From contig JANNWY010000293.1 in NCBI GenBank assembly GCA_031409335.1, positions 20,943-84,942 of the forward strand: a DNA stretch of 64,000 nucleotides. The letters run 5' to 3'. The translations under genes were made by a program, and so were the position numbers. The notes beneath the pieces were generated by a model. The model was not told the origin of the DNA and ran no database searches. It saw only the letters and a program-made list of their open reading frames with translations. Each line of letters starts with the position of its first letter. Position 1 is the stretch's first letter. This DNA comes from Chthoniobacteraceae bacterium (GTDB taxonomy: Bacteria > Verrucomicrobiota > Verrucomicrobiia > Chthoniobacterales > Chthoniobacteraceae). This document shows, in pieces, positions 28,012-36,868 of the stretch.

Positions 28012-30276
28012 ATGAAAACAAAACTTCTCACCACTCTCGCGCTCAGCGCGACGTTCGTCGCCGGCGCGCTCGCCGGCAATGGCCAGCCGACGCTCATCGG
28101 CTGGAACAATCTCGGGATGCATTGCATGGACGACGACTACTCCGTCTTCACCATCCTGCCGCCCTACAACACCGTGGATGCGCACCTCATCGACGCGCAG
28201 GGCAAGCTCGTGAAAACCTCGGCGGGCTGGTCGCTCACCTATGAGGCGGTCGCCGATCTCGATGGCTCGATCAACTCCACGTCCGCGGGAAAATCGAACT
28301 TCTGGGAATTCGCGCCCGCGGCGTATGGCGCGGCGTTGCCGATGGATGCAGGCGTCGCGGGCACCTGGATGCCTGGACTTTCCAACACGCCGCAACCGCT
28401 GACGTGGAGCGGTGCGTTCAATTGGTTCGAGGGCCTCGGCATTCCCATCACGCCGATCGACGACGCGGGCCGTGCCAATTCCTACCCGATGATGCGCCTC
28501 GTCGCGCGGAATGGCACGGGCGCCGTGGTCGCGCAGTCCAACATCGTGCTGCCCGTCTCCGGCGAGATGGATTGCCGCGCCTGCCACGGCTCGAACTCCG
28601 GCCCCGATGCGCAGCCCGCGGGCGGCTGGGTGAACGATCCCATCGCCAAACGCGACTACCGCCTCAACATCCTGCGCCTGCACGATGAGAAGCATCTCGG
28701 CGATCCAGTCTTCCAAAATGCGCTGGCGCTGGTCGGCTTCCGTGCGGACGGCCTCTTCAATACCGTGACGATCGCAAACACGCCGGTCCTTTGCGCGAAG
28801 TGCCACTCGTCCGAAGCGCTCGGCACCGCGAGCACGCCGGGCACCTCATCGCTCACCGCCGCGATGCACGCGAAGCACGCCACGGTCATCAATCCGACGA
28901 ATGGCTTGATCCTGAATGACATCTCCAATCGCAGTGCCTGCTACCAATGCCATCCCGGCTCGACCACACGCTGTCTGCGCGGTGCGATGGGCGCGGCGGT
29001 CGCGACGGATGGTTCGCTGGCGATGCAATGCCAGAGCTGCCACGGCACGATGAGCGATGTCGGTGCGCCGACGCGCACCGGCTGGCTCGACGAGCCCAAC
29101 TGCCAGAACTGTCACACCGGCAGCGCCACGCAAAACAACGGACAAATCCGCTACACCAGCGCCTTCGATGCGCCCGGCCATTTGCGCCAGGCCGTCAGCC
29201 CACTCTTCGCGACGAATCCCGACACGCCACTCCCCGGCAAGTCGCTCTACCGCTTTTCCAAAGGCCACGGCGGCCTGCAATGCAGCGCGTGCCATGGCTC
29301 GACACACGCCGAATTCCCCGCCGCGCATCGCAACGACAACGTGCAAAGCGCGCAGGCCCAGGGCCACATCGGCGTGCTGGCGGAATGCACCGCGTGCCAC
29401 GCCACGATGCCCGCGGCCAACGCGACCAATGCCACCAAGGGTCCGCATGGCATGCACCCGCTCGGCAATAGTTGGGCGAAGAATCACCCCGACATCGCGG
29501 AGTCGGTTGGCGTCGCGCAGTGCCGCGTCTGTCATGGCACGAATGATCGCGGGACCGTGCTGTCGCGCGCTTCCGCCAACCGGACCGTCACCACGGATAA
29601 GTTTGGCGCGAAGGCATTCTGGCGCGGCCAGGAGATCGGCTGCTACGAGTGCCACAGCGGATCGAACAGCTCGAATCCCACGACGCGCACGCGCCCCGCC
29701 GTCGCCAACGGCACGCTCAGCGTCCCCGCTGGCGGCACCGCCTCGCTCACCCTCAGCGCGACCGGCACAGGCTCGACGGTGCGCATCATCCGCCAGCCAA
29801 ATCACGGCACCGTCGCGGTCAGCGGGCGCGTGGCGACTTACTTCGCCGAGGCGGGCTACGGCGGCCCGGACAACTTCGCCTACGCCGCCAGCGATAGCGG
29901 CAGTTATGTCGATTCGACAGCGCCGGGGACCATCTCCGTCACGGTCGGCAATCTCACCGCGACGCTCGACTCCGACGGCGATGGCTTGCCGGACATCGTC
30001 GAGTACGGCCTCGGCACGTCGCCGAACTTTCCCACGGTCAGCGATGCCACGGTGCCGGCCTTCGACGTCTTCAGTGGCCAGCGTTATCTAGCCATGAACC
30101 TAGCGCGCTTCCTGCCGCCGTCCGACATCACGCTCACCGTCGAAGTCTCCGGCGATTTGCAGACCTGGCTACCCGCCACCGTCGTGACGAATTCCGCAAC
30201 CCTCCTCAAAGCCCGCGACACGATTCCCGTTGGCAGCACCGCCACGCGCTTCATCCGACTCAAAGCCAACCGATGA
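28012..30276 (+). CDS. Secreted multiheme (9 CxxCH) cytochrome c with Ig-like and C-terminal sorting-like domains
   Basis: CRACH, CAKCH, CYQCH, CQSCH, CQNCH, CSACH, CTACH, CRVCH, CYECH; signal peptide; GWNNLGMHC N-terminal motif. Confidence 0.9.
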   Translation: MKTKLLTTLALSATFVAGALAGNGQPTLIGWNNLGMHCMDDDYSVFTILPPYNTVDAHLIDAQGKLVKTSAGWSLTYEAVADLDGSINSTSAGKSNFWEFAPAAYGAALPMDAGVAGTWMPGLSNTPQPLTWSGAFNWFEGLGIPITPIDDAGRANSYPMMRLVARNGTGAVVAQSNIVLPVSGEMDCRACHGSNSGPDAQPAGGWVNDPIAKRDYRLNILRLHDEKHLGDPVFQNALALVGFRADGLFNTVTIANTPVLCAKCHSSEALGTASTPGTSSLTAAMHAKHATVINPTNGLILNDISNRSACYQCHPGSTTRCLRGAMGAAVATDGSLAMQCQSCHGTMSDVGAPTRTGWLDEPNCQNCHTGSATQNNGQIRYTSAFDAPGHLRQAVSPLFATNPDTPLPGKSLYRFSKGHGGLQCSACHGSTHAEFPAAHRNDNVQSAQAQGHIGVLAECTACHATMPAANATNATKGPHGMHPLGNSWAKNHPDIAESVGVAQCRVCHGTNDRGTVLSRASANRTVTTDKFGAKAFWRGQEIGCYECHSGSNSSNPTTRTRPAVANGTLSVPAGGTASLTLSATGTGSTVRIIRQPNHGTVAVSGRVATYFAEAGYGGPDNFAYAASDSGSYVDSTAPGTISVTVGNLTATLDSDGDGLPDIVEYGLGTSPNFPTVSDATVPAFDVFSGQRYLAMNLARFLPPSDITLTVEVSGDLQTWLPATVVTNSATLLKARDTIPVGSTATRFIRLKANR

Positions 30277-30349
30277 CTCCCGCGAACCCATGAAACTCCG
30301 CCGCTCCATCACCTTTGCAGTGCTCGGCGGGTCAGGACGAACGCTGCTT

Positions 30350-31774
30350 TTACCGCCTCGCGTATCCGTGAGGTGAGTCCCGGATGCTTGTCGCGTCAGC
30401 CTCGGCGCGCTGGATCGCGGACACTCGCGCGACTCGCAGCGCGACGCGGAATTCCGTCCAGTCCGCCTCGCTGCGCGCGAGGTCGATGCGGCCGCCGTGG
30501 GCGAGCATGATTTCGCGGCACAGGCTGAGGCCGAGCCCGAAACCCATCACCTCGCGGCTGCGCGCCGGGTCGCCGCGGAAGAACCGCTCGAAGATCCGCG
30601 CGCGGTGCTCGGCGCTGAGCCCGGGGCCGGTGTTGCCGATGGTGAGGCAGGCTTCGTCGCCCGCCGCCTTCAATCCGATGCGCACGTGTCCGCCATCGCG
30701 GTTAAATTTCACGGCGTTATCCACGAGATTGAGCAGCACCTGGCGCAGACGGCCGGGATCGGCGAGCACTTTTACCTCGGGGAAAACTTCCGCCTCGATG
30801 GCCAGGCCGCGCGTTTCGCCAAGCAGGCGCGCGTCATCGACGGCGGCGGCGGCGATGCGGCTGAAGTCGGTCGGTTGCAGATCAAGATCGAGTTTTCCCG
30901 CATCCGAGCGCGAGAGCAGGAGCAGGCCATCGACGAGCGAGGACAGGCGGCGCACTTCATCGAGGATCGCGTGAATGCGGGCGACGCGCGCCGCGTCGGT
31001 GGTGCCGGGAAGGAGCGCGGTTTCGAGTTCGGCGCGGAGCACGGCAAGCGGCGTGCGCAGCTCGTGCGAGGCGTCGGAGGTGAAGCGCGCGACTTGCGCG
31101 AAGCTGCCTTCGAGGCGGCCCATCATGCCGTTGAGCACTTCGGTAAGGCGGCGCAATTCGTCCTTTGCCGCAGGCATCGGGAGGCGCGCGTCGAGACTCG
31201 CGGCAGAGATGCCTTCGGCGCGCGTGGCGATTTCCTCGATCGGCTGGAGCGCGCGGCGGGCGATCCACACCGCGCCGAGCGCGAATGCGACGAGCAGGAA
31301 CGGCGCGGCGATGACATAGCTGCGCAGGAGCTGGCGGAGTTTTTCGCGCGGACGCGCCAGGCTCGCGCCGAGCGAAACGGCGAGGCCGTCCGATGCGGCG
31401 GTGGCCTGGCGCACGGCGGTGTCCGCGATTTCCAAAGTGCGCACGGTGCCCGTCGCGGCGGGCTCGGTGACGCGCGGAGAATTCGCGAGCATCGTCGAGC
31501 GATAGACCGGTGTGCCATCATCGCGCACGACTTCGAGATACGGGTGAAAGGGCTCGATCAGCGCGCGCAATTCCACCGGCTCACGTCCGGTCTCCCGCGC
31601 CTCGATCATCCGCCCGAGCACGGAGACGGCCTCGACTTGCAGCTCGCGGTCGAGCGCCTCGACTTCGCCAAAATACAAACTCACCGCGACCACGCAGCCG
31701 AACACGACGAGCGGCAGCGCGAGCATCACCGCCGACCAGACGCCGAGCCTGGTGCGGAGCGGGAGCGGTTTCAT
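30350..31774 (-). CDS. Sensor histidine kinase (HAMP, CusS/CzcS-like)
   Basis: Two TMs, HAMP, FTSDASHELRTPL H-box, NLVDNAVKF, GLGLSL. Confidence 0.92.
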   Translation of the reverse strand: MKPLPLRTRLGVWSAVMLALPLVVFGCVVAVSLYFGEVEALDRELQVEAVSVLGRMIEARETGREPVELRALIEPFHPYLEVVRDDGTPVYRSTMLANSPRVTEPAATGTVRTLEIADTAVRQATAASDGLAVSLGASLARPREKLRQLLRSYVIAAPFLLVAFALGAVWIARRALQPIEEIATRAEGISAASLDARLPMPAAKDELRRLTEVLNGMMGRLEGSFAQVARFTSDASHELRTPLAVLRAELETALLPGTTDAARVARIHAILDEVRRLSSLVDGLLLLSRSDAGKLDLDLQPTDFSRIAAAAVDDARLLGETRGLAIEAEVFPEVKVLADPGRLRQVLLNLVDNAVKFNRDGGHVRIGLKAAGDEACLTIGNTGPGLSAEHRARIFERFFRGDPARSREVMGFGLGLSLCREIMLAHGGRIDLARSEADWTEFRVALRVARVSAIQRAEADATSIRDSPHGYARR

Positions 31775-32445
31775 AGCGGCGGGCCGAAGCGGTAGCCGCT
31801 GCCGGGCACGGTGTGGATGAGCTTTGCGGGAAAGCCATCCTCCAGCTTGCGGCGCACGCGCTTCACGTACTGGTCCACGAGATTCGTCCCCGGATCGAAA
31901 TGGCTGCCCCAGACGTGCTCGATGATGCTCATGCGGCCGAGCACGCGCTCCGGCGAACGGAGGAAAAATTCGAGCAGCTCGAATTCGCGCGGCGACAAAT
32001 CCACCAGCCGCCCGGCGCGCTGCACGTCGCGCGTCAGGAGATTCAGCGTCACGTCGGCGTAATGGAGCACGGTGAGTTTTTCACCCGTCACCCGCCGCAG
32101 CACGGCCTGGAGGCGCACGACGAGTTCGTCGATGGAAAACGGTTTCGGCAAATAATCATCCGCGCCGAGCCGCAGCCCCTCGATGCGTTCATTCACCGAC
32201 CCGCGCGCGGTGAGCAGCACGATGGGCACATTGTTTCCGCCCTCGCGGAGCTGGCGCAAAATGCTGAGTCCGTCGCGTCCCGGCAGCATGATGTCGAGCA
32301 CCGCGGCGGCGTAGGTTTCGGATTGGAGTTTGGCGAAAGCCACGTCGCCATCTTGGACCACCTCGGCCTCGAATTGCGCCGCGCGCAATCCGTTCGCCAC
32401 AAAATCGGCGATCTTTTTTTCGTCTTCGACAACGAGGATGCGCAT
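31771..32445 (-). CDS. OmpR-family response regulator (CusR/CzcR-like)
   Basis: MRILVVED, LDIMLP, GADDYLPKPF, HFDPGTNLVD winged helix. Confidence 0.93.
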   Translation of the reverse strand: MRILVVEDEKKIADFVANGLRAAQFEAEVVQDGDVAFAKLQSETYAAAVLDIMLPGRDGLSILRQLREGGNNVPIVLLTARGSVNERIEGLRLGADDYLPKPFSIDELVVRLQAVLRRVTGEKLTVLHYADVTLNLLTRDVQRAGRLVDLSPREFELLEFFLRSPERVLGRMSIIEHVWGSHFDPGTNLVDQYVKRVRRKLEDGFPAKLIHTVPGSGYRFGPPL

Positions 32446-32581
32446 GGGCAGGGATGCCACCCGTCAGGATGCGGGTTGGAAGGTGAAACTTTGGCGGGAA
32501 GCGCGCATCCGGGGTGGGTGAAGTTTATAGCGTTAAATTTGCGGCGCGCGCCAGCGGAGGTTTGCTGCGTTGCAACATTGT

Positions 32582-32611
32582 TTGACCCCCGCCGCGGGGC
32601 GCGACTAGCTT
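32582..32611 (+). promoter_or_regulatory. Candidate sigma70 promoter (probably near-leaderless) for the phosphoesterase
   Basis: TTGACC-N18-TAGCTT, 7 nt upstream of ATG 32619. Confidence 0.4.
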
Positions 32612-32618
32612 CCGCGCG

Positions 32619-34643
32619 ATGTCCCTTTGTCCAAGTCTTAATCGCAGCCGATCCCTCGTGGCATTCGCGCTGGCATTCGCCTTCACCCCAATATCCGATG
32701 GCGCGAATCCGCCGCCGCCATTCTCGCGCGCGCCCTACCTTCAATTTGCCAGCCCGAATCGAATGCATGTGGTGTGGCGGACGGTGGGGCCGATCGAGCC
32801 AGTCGTGCGGTATGGAAAGGAACTCGGCAATCTCGATCAGGAAGTGCGCGTCGCATCCATCGACGTGCGGTTTTCACCGGGGGCGAAAGATCAAAAAATC
32901 GCGCCCCGGTGGGAGGCATTGCGCACGCCGGAGAATCTCGCCCTGCCAAAGCTGCACTCGGCCCCGGTGGGGACGTTTCAGTACGAGGCAAGGCTCAAGG
33001 ATTTGGAGCCGGACACGACTTATTATTACGCAGTGTATGATGGCGCAAAGCGGCTGACGCCGGAGGATGCGTCCTACCGTTTCGCCACTCATCCCACTCC
33101 CGGCCCGGAGCGTCCGGTGCGCTTCTGGATCATCGGCGATGGCGGCACGGCTCGCGAGCCGCAGGCGGCCGTGCATGAGGCGATGCGCAAGGCGGTGGAG
33201 AGCGAAAAACGGCCGCTCGATTTCTGGCTTCACGTCGGAGACATGGCCTACAACACGGGACGCGATAACGAGTTTCAGACGCGGTTTTTTGAAATGTACG
33301 AGAGCACGCTGCGCAACAAAGTGTGCTGGCCGGCGATGGGAAATCACGAGGGCGGGACATCGAACGGCAAGACGGGGATCGGACCGTACTACGACGCGTA
33401 TGTCGTGCCGACGCGCGGGCAAGCCGGTGGCGTGGCTTCGGGCACGGAGGCGTATTATTCGTTCGACTACGCGAACATCCATTTCATCTGCCTCGATTCG
33501 CACGATCTCAGCCGCAAGCCGGGCGACCCGATGGCGAGCTGGCTGAAGGCGGATTTGGAAAAGGCGAAGTCCGACTGGCTGGTCGCATTCTGGCACCATC
33601 CGCCTTACACCAAAGGCAGCCACGACAGCGATAAGGAGGCCGATCTTACCGAAATGCGCAAACTCATTATGCCGATCATCGAGGCGGGCGGCGTGGACCT
33701 GGTGCTGACGGGGCACTCGCACATTTACGAGCGCTCGATGCTGATGGACGGCGCGTATGCGACGCCCACGGTTTCGGAAAACGTGATCCTCGACGACGGC
33801 GACGGCGACCCCGAAGGCGACGGCGCGTATCGCAAAAGCAAGGGCATCAAGGCGCACGAAGGCACCGTGCAAATCGTCACCGGCAACGCTGGCCAGACGC
33901 TCGGGCGCGTCGGTTCGATGCCGGTGATGCGCCGGATCGTCGTCGAGCACGGCTCGGCGCTGATCGATGTGAAAGGCGACACGCTCACGGGACGGATGAT
34001 CAATCGCGAGGGCGCGGAGTCGGATTTTTTCAGCATCGTGAAGCGCGGCAAAGTCACTGCCGCGCCGCTCCCGCTGCCGTGGATGCCGCCCGAATACAAG
34101 AAGCCCGAAAACGCCCCAAAAGTCGTCGCCGCACCGCCGGCGGACTTCAGCTACGCGGTGCCGCCCGGCGCGGAGTGGAAGTACACGTTCGATCTCCCGA
34201 TTCGCGGGAAGGAGTGGACGCGCGCCGGCTTCGCGGAGGAAGGGTGGAAAACGGGAGCGGCGGGTTTTGGCTACGGTCGCGTGGAGTTTCGCACGGACCT
34301 CCGCGAGATGCGGCGCAAGCACACGGTGCTCTACGCGCGGCGGGAATTTCAAATCGTGCAAGCCGATCGCGTCACGGAAGTCGGTCTGCAAATCGAATTC
34401 GCCGACGCGTTCATCGCCTACATCAACGGTCGTGAAGTGGCCCGCAACGGCGTGAGCCGGGGCAGCGGTCGCAATGCCCAGGGCGTGAAGCCGCGCGAGC
34501 AGAAAGGCAGCGTGTTCATCCCGCTCCCGGACCCGCAAAAATATCTGATCGATGGAACCAACGTCCTTTCCATCGAGGGGCACTCCAGCGCCAGTGACAG
34601 CGTGGAATTCCTGCTGAATCCCGCGCTCATCCTCGAAGACTGA
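32619..34643 (+). CDS. Secreted purple acid phosphatase-like metallophosphoesterase with C-terminal beta-sandwich domain
   Basis: GDGG, GDMAY, GNHE, HHPPY, GHSH motifs; FN3-like N-domain. Confidence 0.9.
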   Translation: MSLCPSLNRSRSLVAFALAFAFTPISDGANPPPPFSRAPYLQFASPNRMHVVWRTVGPIEPVVRYGKELGNLDQEVRVASIDVRFSPGAKDQKIAPRWEALRTPENLALPKLHSAPVGTFQYEARLKDLEPDTTYYYAVYDGAKRLTPEDASYRFATHPTPGPERPVRFWIIGDGGTAREPQAAVHEAMRKAVESEKRPLDFWLHVGDMAYNTGRDNEFQTRFFEMYESTLRNKVCWPAMGNHEGGTSNGKTGIGPYYDAYVVPTRGQAGGVASGTEAYYSFDYANIHFICLDSHDLSRKPGDPMASWLKADLEKAKSDWLVAFWHHPPYTKGSHDSDKEADLTEMRKLIMPIIEAGGVDLVLTGHSHIYERSMLMDGAYATPTVSENVILDDGDGDPEGDGAYRKSKGIKAHEGTVQIVTGNAGQTLGRVGSMPVMRRIVVEHGSALIDVKGDTLTGRMINREGAESDFFSIVKRGKVTAAPLPLPWMPPEYKKPENAPKVVAAPPADFSYAVPPGAEWKYTFDLPIRGKEWTRAGFAEEGWKTGAAGFGYGRVEFRTDLREMRRKHTVLYARREFQIVQADRVTEVGLQIEFADAFIAYINGREVARNGVSRGSGRNAQGVKPREQKGSVFIPLPDPQKYLIDGTNVLSIEGHSSASDSVEFLLNPALILED

Positions 34644-35587
34644 TGCGCACTCCATCTCCACTTTCACGGTTCGCCGCGCTGCTCGTTTGCGCCGCGCCTT
34701 TTTCCGCGAATGCGCACGCGGGTCCCGAGCATGAAATCGAGGAACTTACCGCGCAGATGAAAAAGCACGGCGAATCCGCCGAGTTACTCACCGAGCGCGC
34801 GGTGGAATATCGCGTCATGGGAAAGCTGACGGAAGCGGCGGCCGATCTCGAGCGCGCCGCCACTTACAATGCTGAATCGATCGCGATCCAGCGGGAGCTC
34901 GGGCGCGTCCTTTTGCTCGGTGGAAAATTGAACGAGGCCAACGCCGCCGCCACGCGCGGCCTGGCGATCAAGAGCGACGAGCCCGCCGATCTGGCTTCGT
35001 TGCGGATGCTGCGCGGGGAAATCCACCGCGCCCAAAACGAGAACAAGAAAGCGCTGGAGGATTGCGACGCGGGTCTGCGCCTGCACAAGCAAAACCCGGA
35101 ATGGTACGTCTTCCGCAGCGACATTCAGCGGCGTCTGAAAATGCACACCGAGCGCCTCGCCGGGATTGAAGAAGGGATCAAGGAAACCGGCGCGGGCATT
35201 CTGGAAATCGAGCGCGTCGAGGCATTGATTGAAGCCGGGCAATTTCCGAAAGCGCTGACGCTCATCGATGCCGAGCTGGCGGATTCCCGCATCAAAAGCT
35301 CGTGGCTGATCCGCCGCGCGAAGACCCTGCTCGGGCTCGGCAACAAGACCGAAGCCGAGCAAAATCTGAAATCCGCGCTGGAGGAAATCGACGAACGGCT
35401 GAACCCGAAAACGCCCGATGTCCCGCTCTTGATCGACAAGGGCGTCGCGCTGGAATTGCTCGACAAAAAGTATGAGGCGTTGCGTGCCTACGAAGAGGCG
35501 CGGGACAAAGGGGCGGGGGACATCTTGGGCGACAAGATCAAGTCGCTCCAGGAAGCGGTGCGAGCCATGCCGGTGACAAAACCTTGA
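34643..35587 (+). CDS. Secreted TPR-repeat protein
   Basis: Signal peptide, helical TPR-like repeats, TGATG coupling. Confidence 0.75.
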   Translation: MRTPSPLSRFAALLVCAAPFSANAHAGPEHEIEELTAQMKKHGESAELLTERAVEYRVMGKLTEAAADLERAATYNAESIAIQRELGRVLLLGGKLNEANAAATRGLAIKSDEPADLASLRMLRGEIHRAQNENKKALEDCDAGLRLHKQNPEWYVFRSDIQRRLKMHTERLAGIEEGIKETGAGILEIERVEALIEAGQFPKALTLIDAELADSRIKSSWLIRRAKTLLGLGNKTEAEQNLKSALEEIDERLNPKTPDVPLLIDKGVALELLDKKYEALRAYEEARDKGAGDILGDKIKSLQEAVRAMPVTKP

Positions 35588-35589
35588 GG

Positions 35590-36846
35590 CTACGCCTCTC
35601 GCGGTTCCCAGCCCGGCCGATATTCGCGCCGCCACAATTTCTTCGCGCGTTCGTCGCCAACGATTCCTGACTGCGGCACAAAGTCGATCGTCTGGCCGGT
35701 GCGCCACGCGATGTTTCCGAGATGGCACAGCAGCGTGCTCTTGTGGCCCTCCTCGATTTCGGCGTTCAGCTTTTTCCCGCCGCGGATGGCATCGATGAAA
35801 TTCTGAAGATGCGAGTCGTTGCCGCCCGGACCCGTGCCGCGCGCGGTTTCTTTGCCGGCAGGATCGTGAATTGTGTAGCCACCGCCGCTGATGAGCAGGC
35901 TCCCGTTTTCACCGAAGAAAGCGACATCGTGCGCGGGATCGTGCGGCACGCGCGCGGCCCAGCTCCGGCATTCCCAGGTGATCGTTGCCGCGCCGGTGTC
36001 GAAGCTGACGACGTTCGTGTCCGGCGTTTCCTGATCGTCGTCGTCGCGCGATTTGCGGCCTGCGGACGTGGTGCGCTGCGCGTGGTCCGCGCCGAGTCCC
36101 CAGCGGCAAAGGTCGATCATGTGAACGCCGTTGTTGCCGAGTTCGCCCGTGCCCCAATCCCAGAACCAGTGCCAGTGATACGGCACGAAGTTGTCGTGAA
36201 ATATGCGCTCCGGCGCAGGCCCCTGCCACAGCGCCCAGTCGAGCCCAGTGGGAACCGGCGCGGCTTTGCCATGGCCGATTGAGGGACGGTTGTTGAAATA
36301 AAACGCCTGCGCGCTGAGCACGCGCCCGATCGCGCCGCCGCGCAGTTTCGCGATCGCCTCCTGAATCGCCGGCCAACTCCGCCGCTGCGTGCCGTGCTGC
36401 ACCACGCGCTGATGCTTCCGCGCCGCGGCGACGAGCCATTCGCCTTCCTGCGGATTGTGCGAGCATGGCTTTTCCAGATAGGCGTGCTTGCCCGCCGCGC
36501 ACGCGAGGATCGCCGCCGGCGCGTGCCAGTGATCGGGCGTCGCGATGACCACCGCGTCGATGTTCTTGTCATCGAGCAGCCGGCGAAAGTCGCGCTCGCC
36601 GCGCGGCGCATTGCCGGCCTTGCGCATCACCACGTCGATCGCTTTCGCGAGCGGGCGCTCGTCCACATCGCAAAGCGCCGCGACCGCGACATTCGGCAAT
36701 CCGGCAAATGCCACCGCCAGTTCGCTGCCGCGCCCATTCACGCCAACGACGGCGATGGAAACTTTCGAGCTGGCATCGCCTCCGCGAACGATCGCGGGGA
36801 ATGCGACGGCGGCGGCGGTCGTGCGGAGGAAATGGCGGCGGTTCAT
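35590..36846 (-). CDS. Gfo/Idh/MocA oxidoreductase, Tat-exported
   Basis: MNRRHFL Tat motif, ATPDHWH, EKP, GTQRRS. Confidence 0.92.
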   Translation of the reverse strand: MNRRHFLRTTAAAVAFPAIVRGGDASSKVSIAVVGVNGRGSELAVAFAGLPNVAVAALCDVDERPLAKAIDVVMRKAGNAPRGERDFRRLLDDKNIDAVVIATPDHWHAPAAILACAAGKHAYLEKPCSHNPQEGEWLVAAARKHQRVVQHGTQRRSWPAIQEAIAKLRGGAIGRVLSAQAFYFNNRPSIGHGKAAPVPTGLDWALWQGPAPERIFHDNFVPYHWHWFWDWGTGELGNNGVHMIDLCRWGLGADHAQRTTSAGRKSRDDDDQETPDTNVVSFDTGAATITWECRSWAARVPHDPAHDVAFFGENGSLLISGGGYTIHDPAGKETARGTGPGGNDSHLQNFIDAIRGGKKLNAEIEEGHKSTLLCHLGNIAWRTGQTIDFVPQSGIVGDERAKKLWRREYRPGWEPREA

Positions 36847-36868
36847 ATCGGAGCGATCATCGGTTTCA

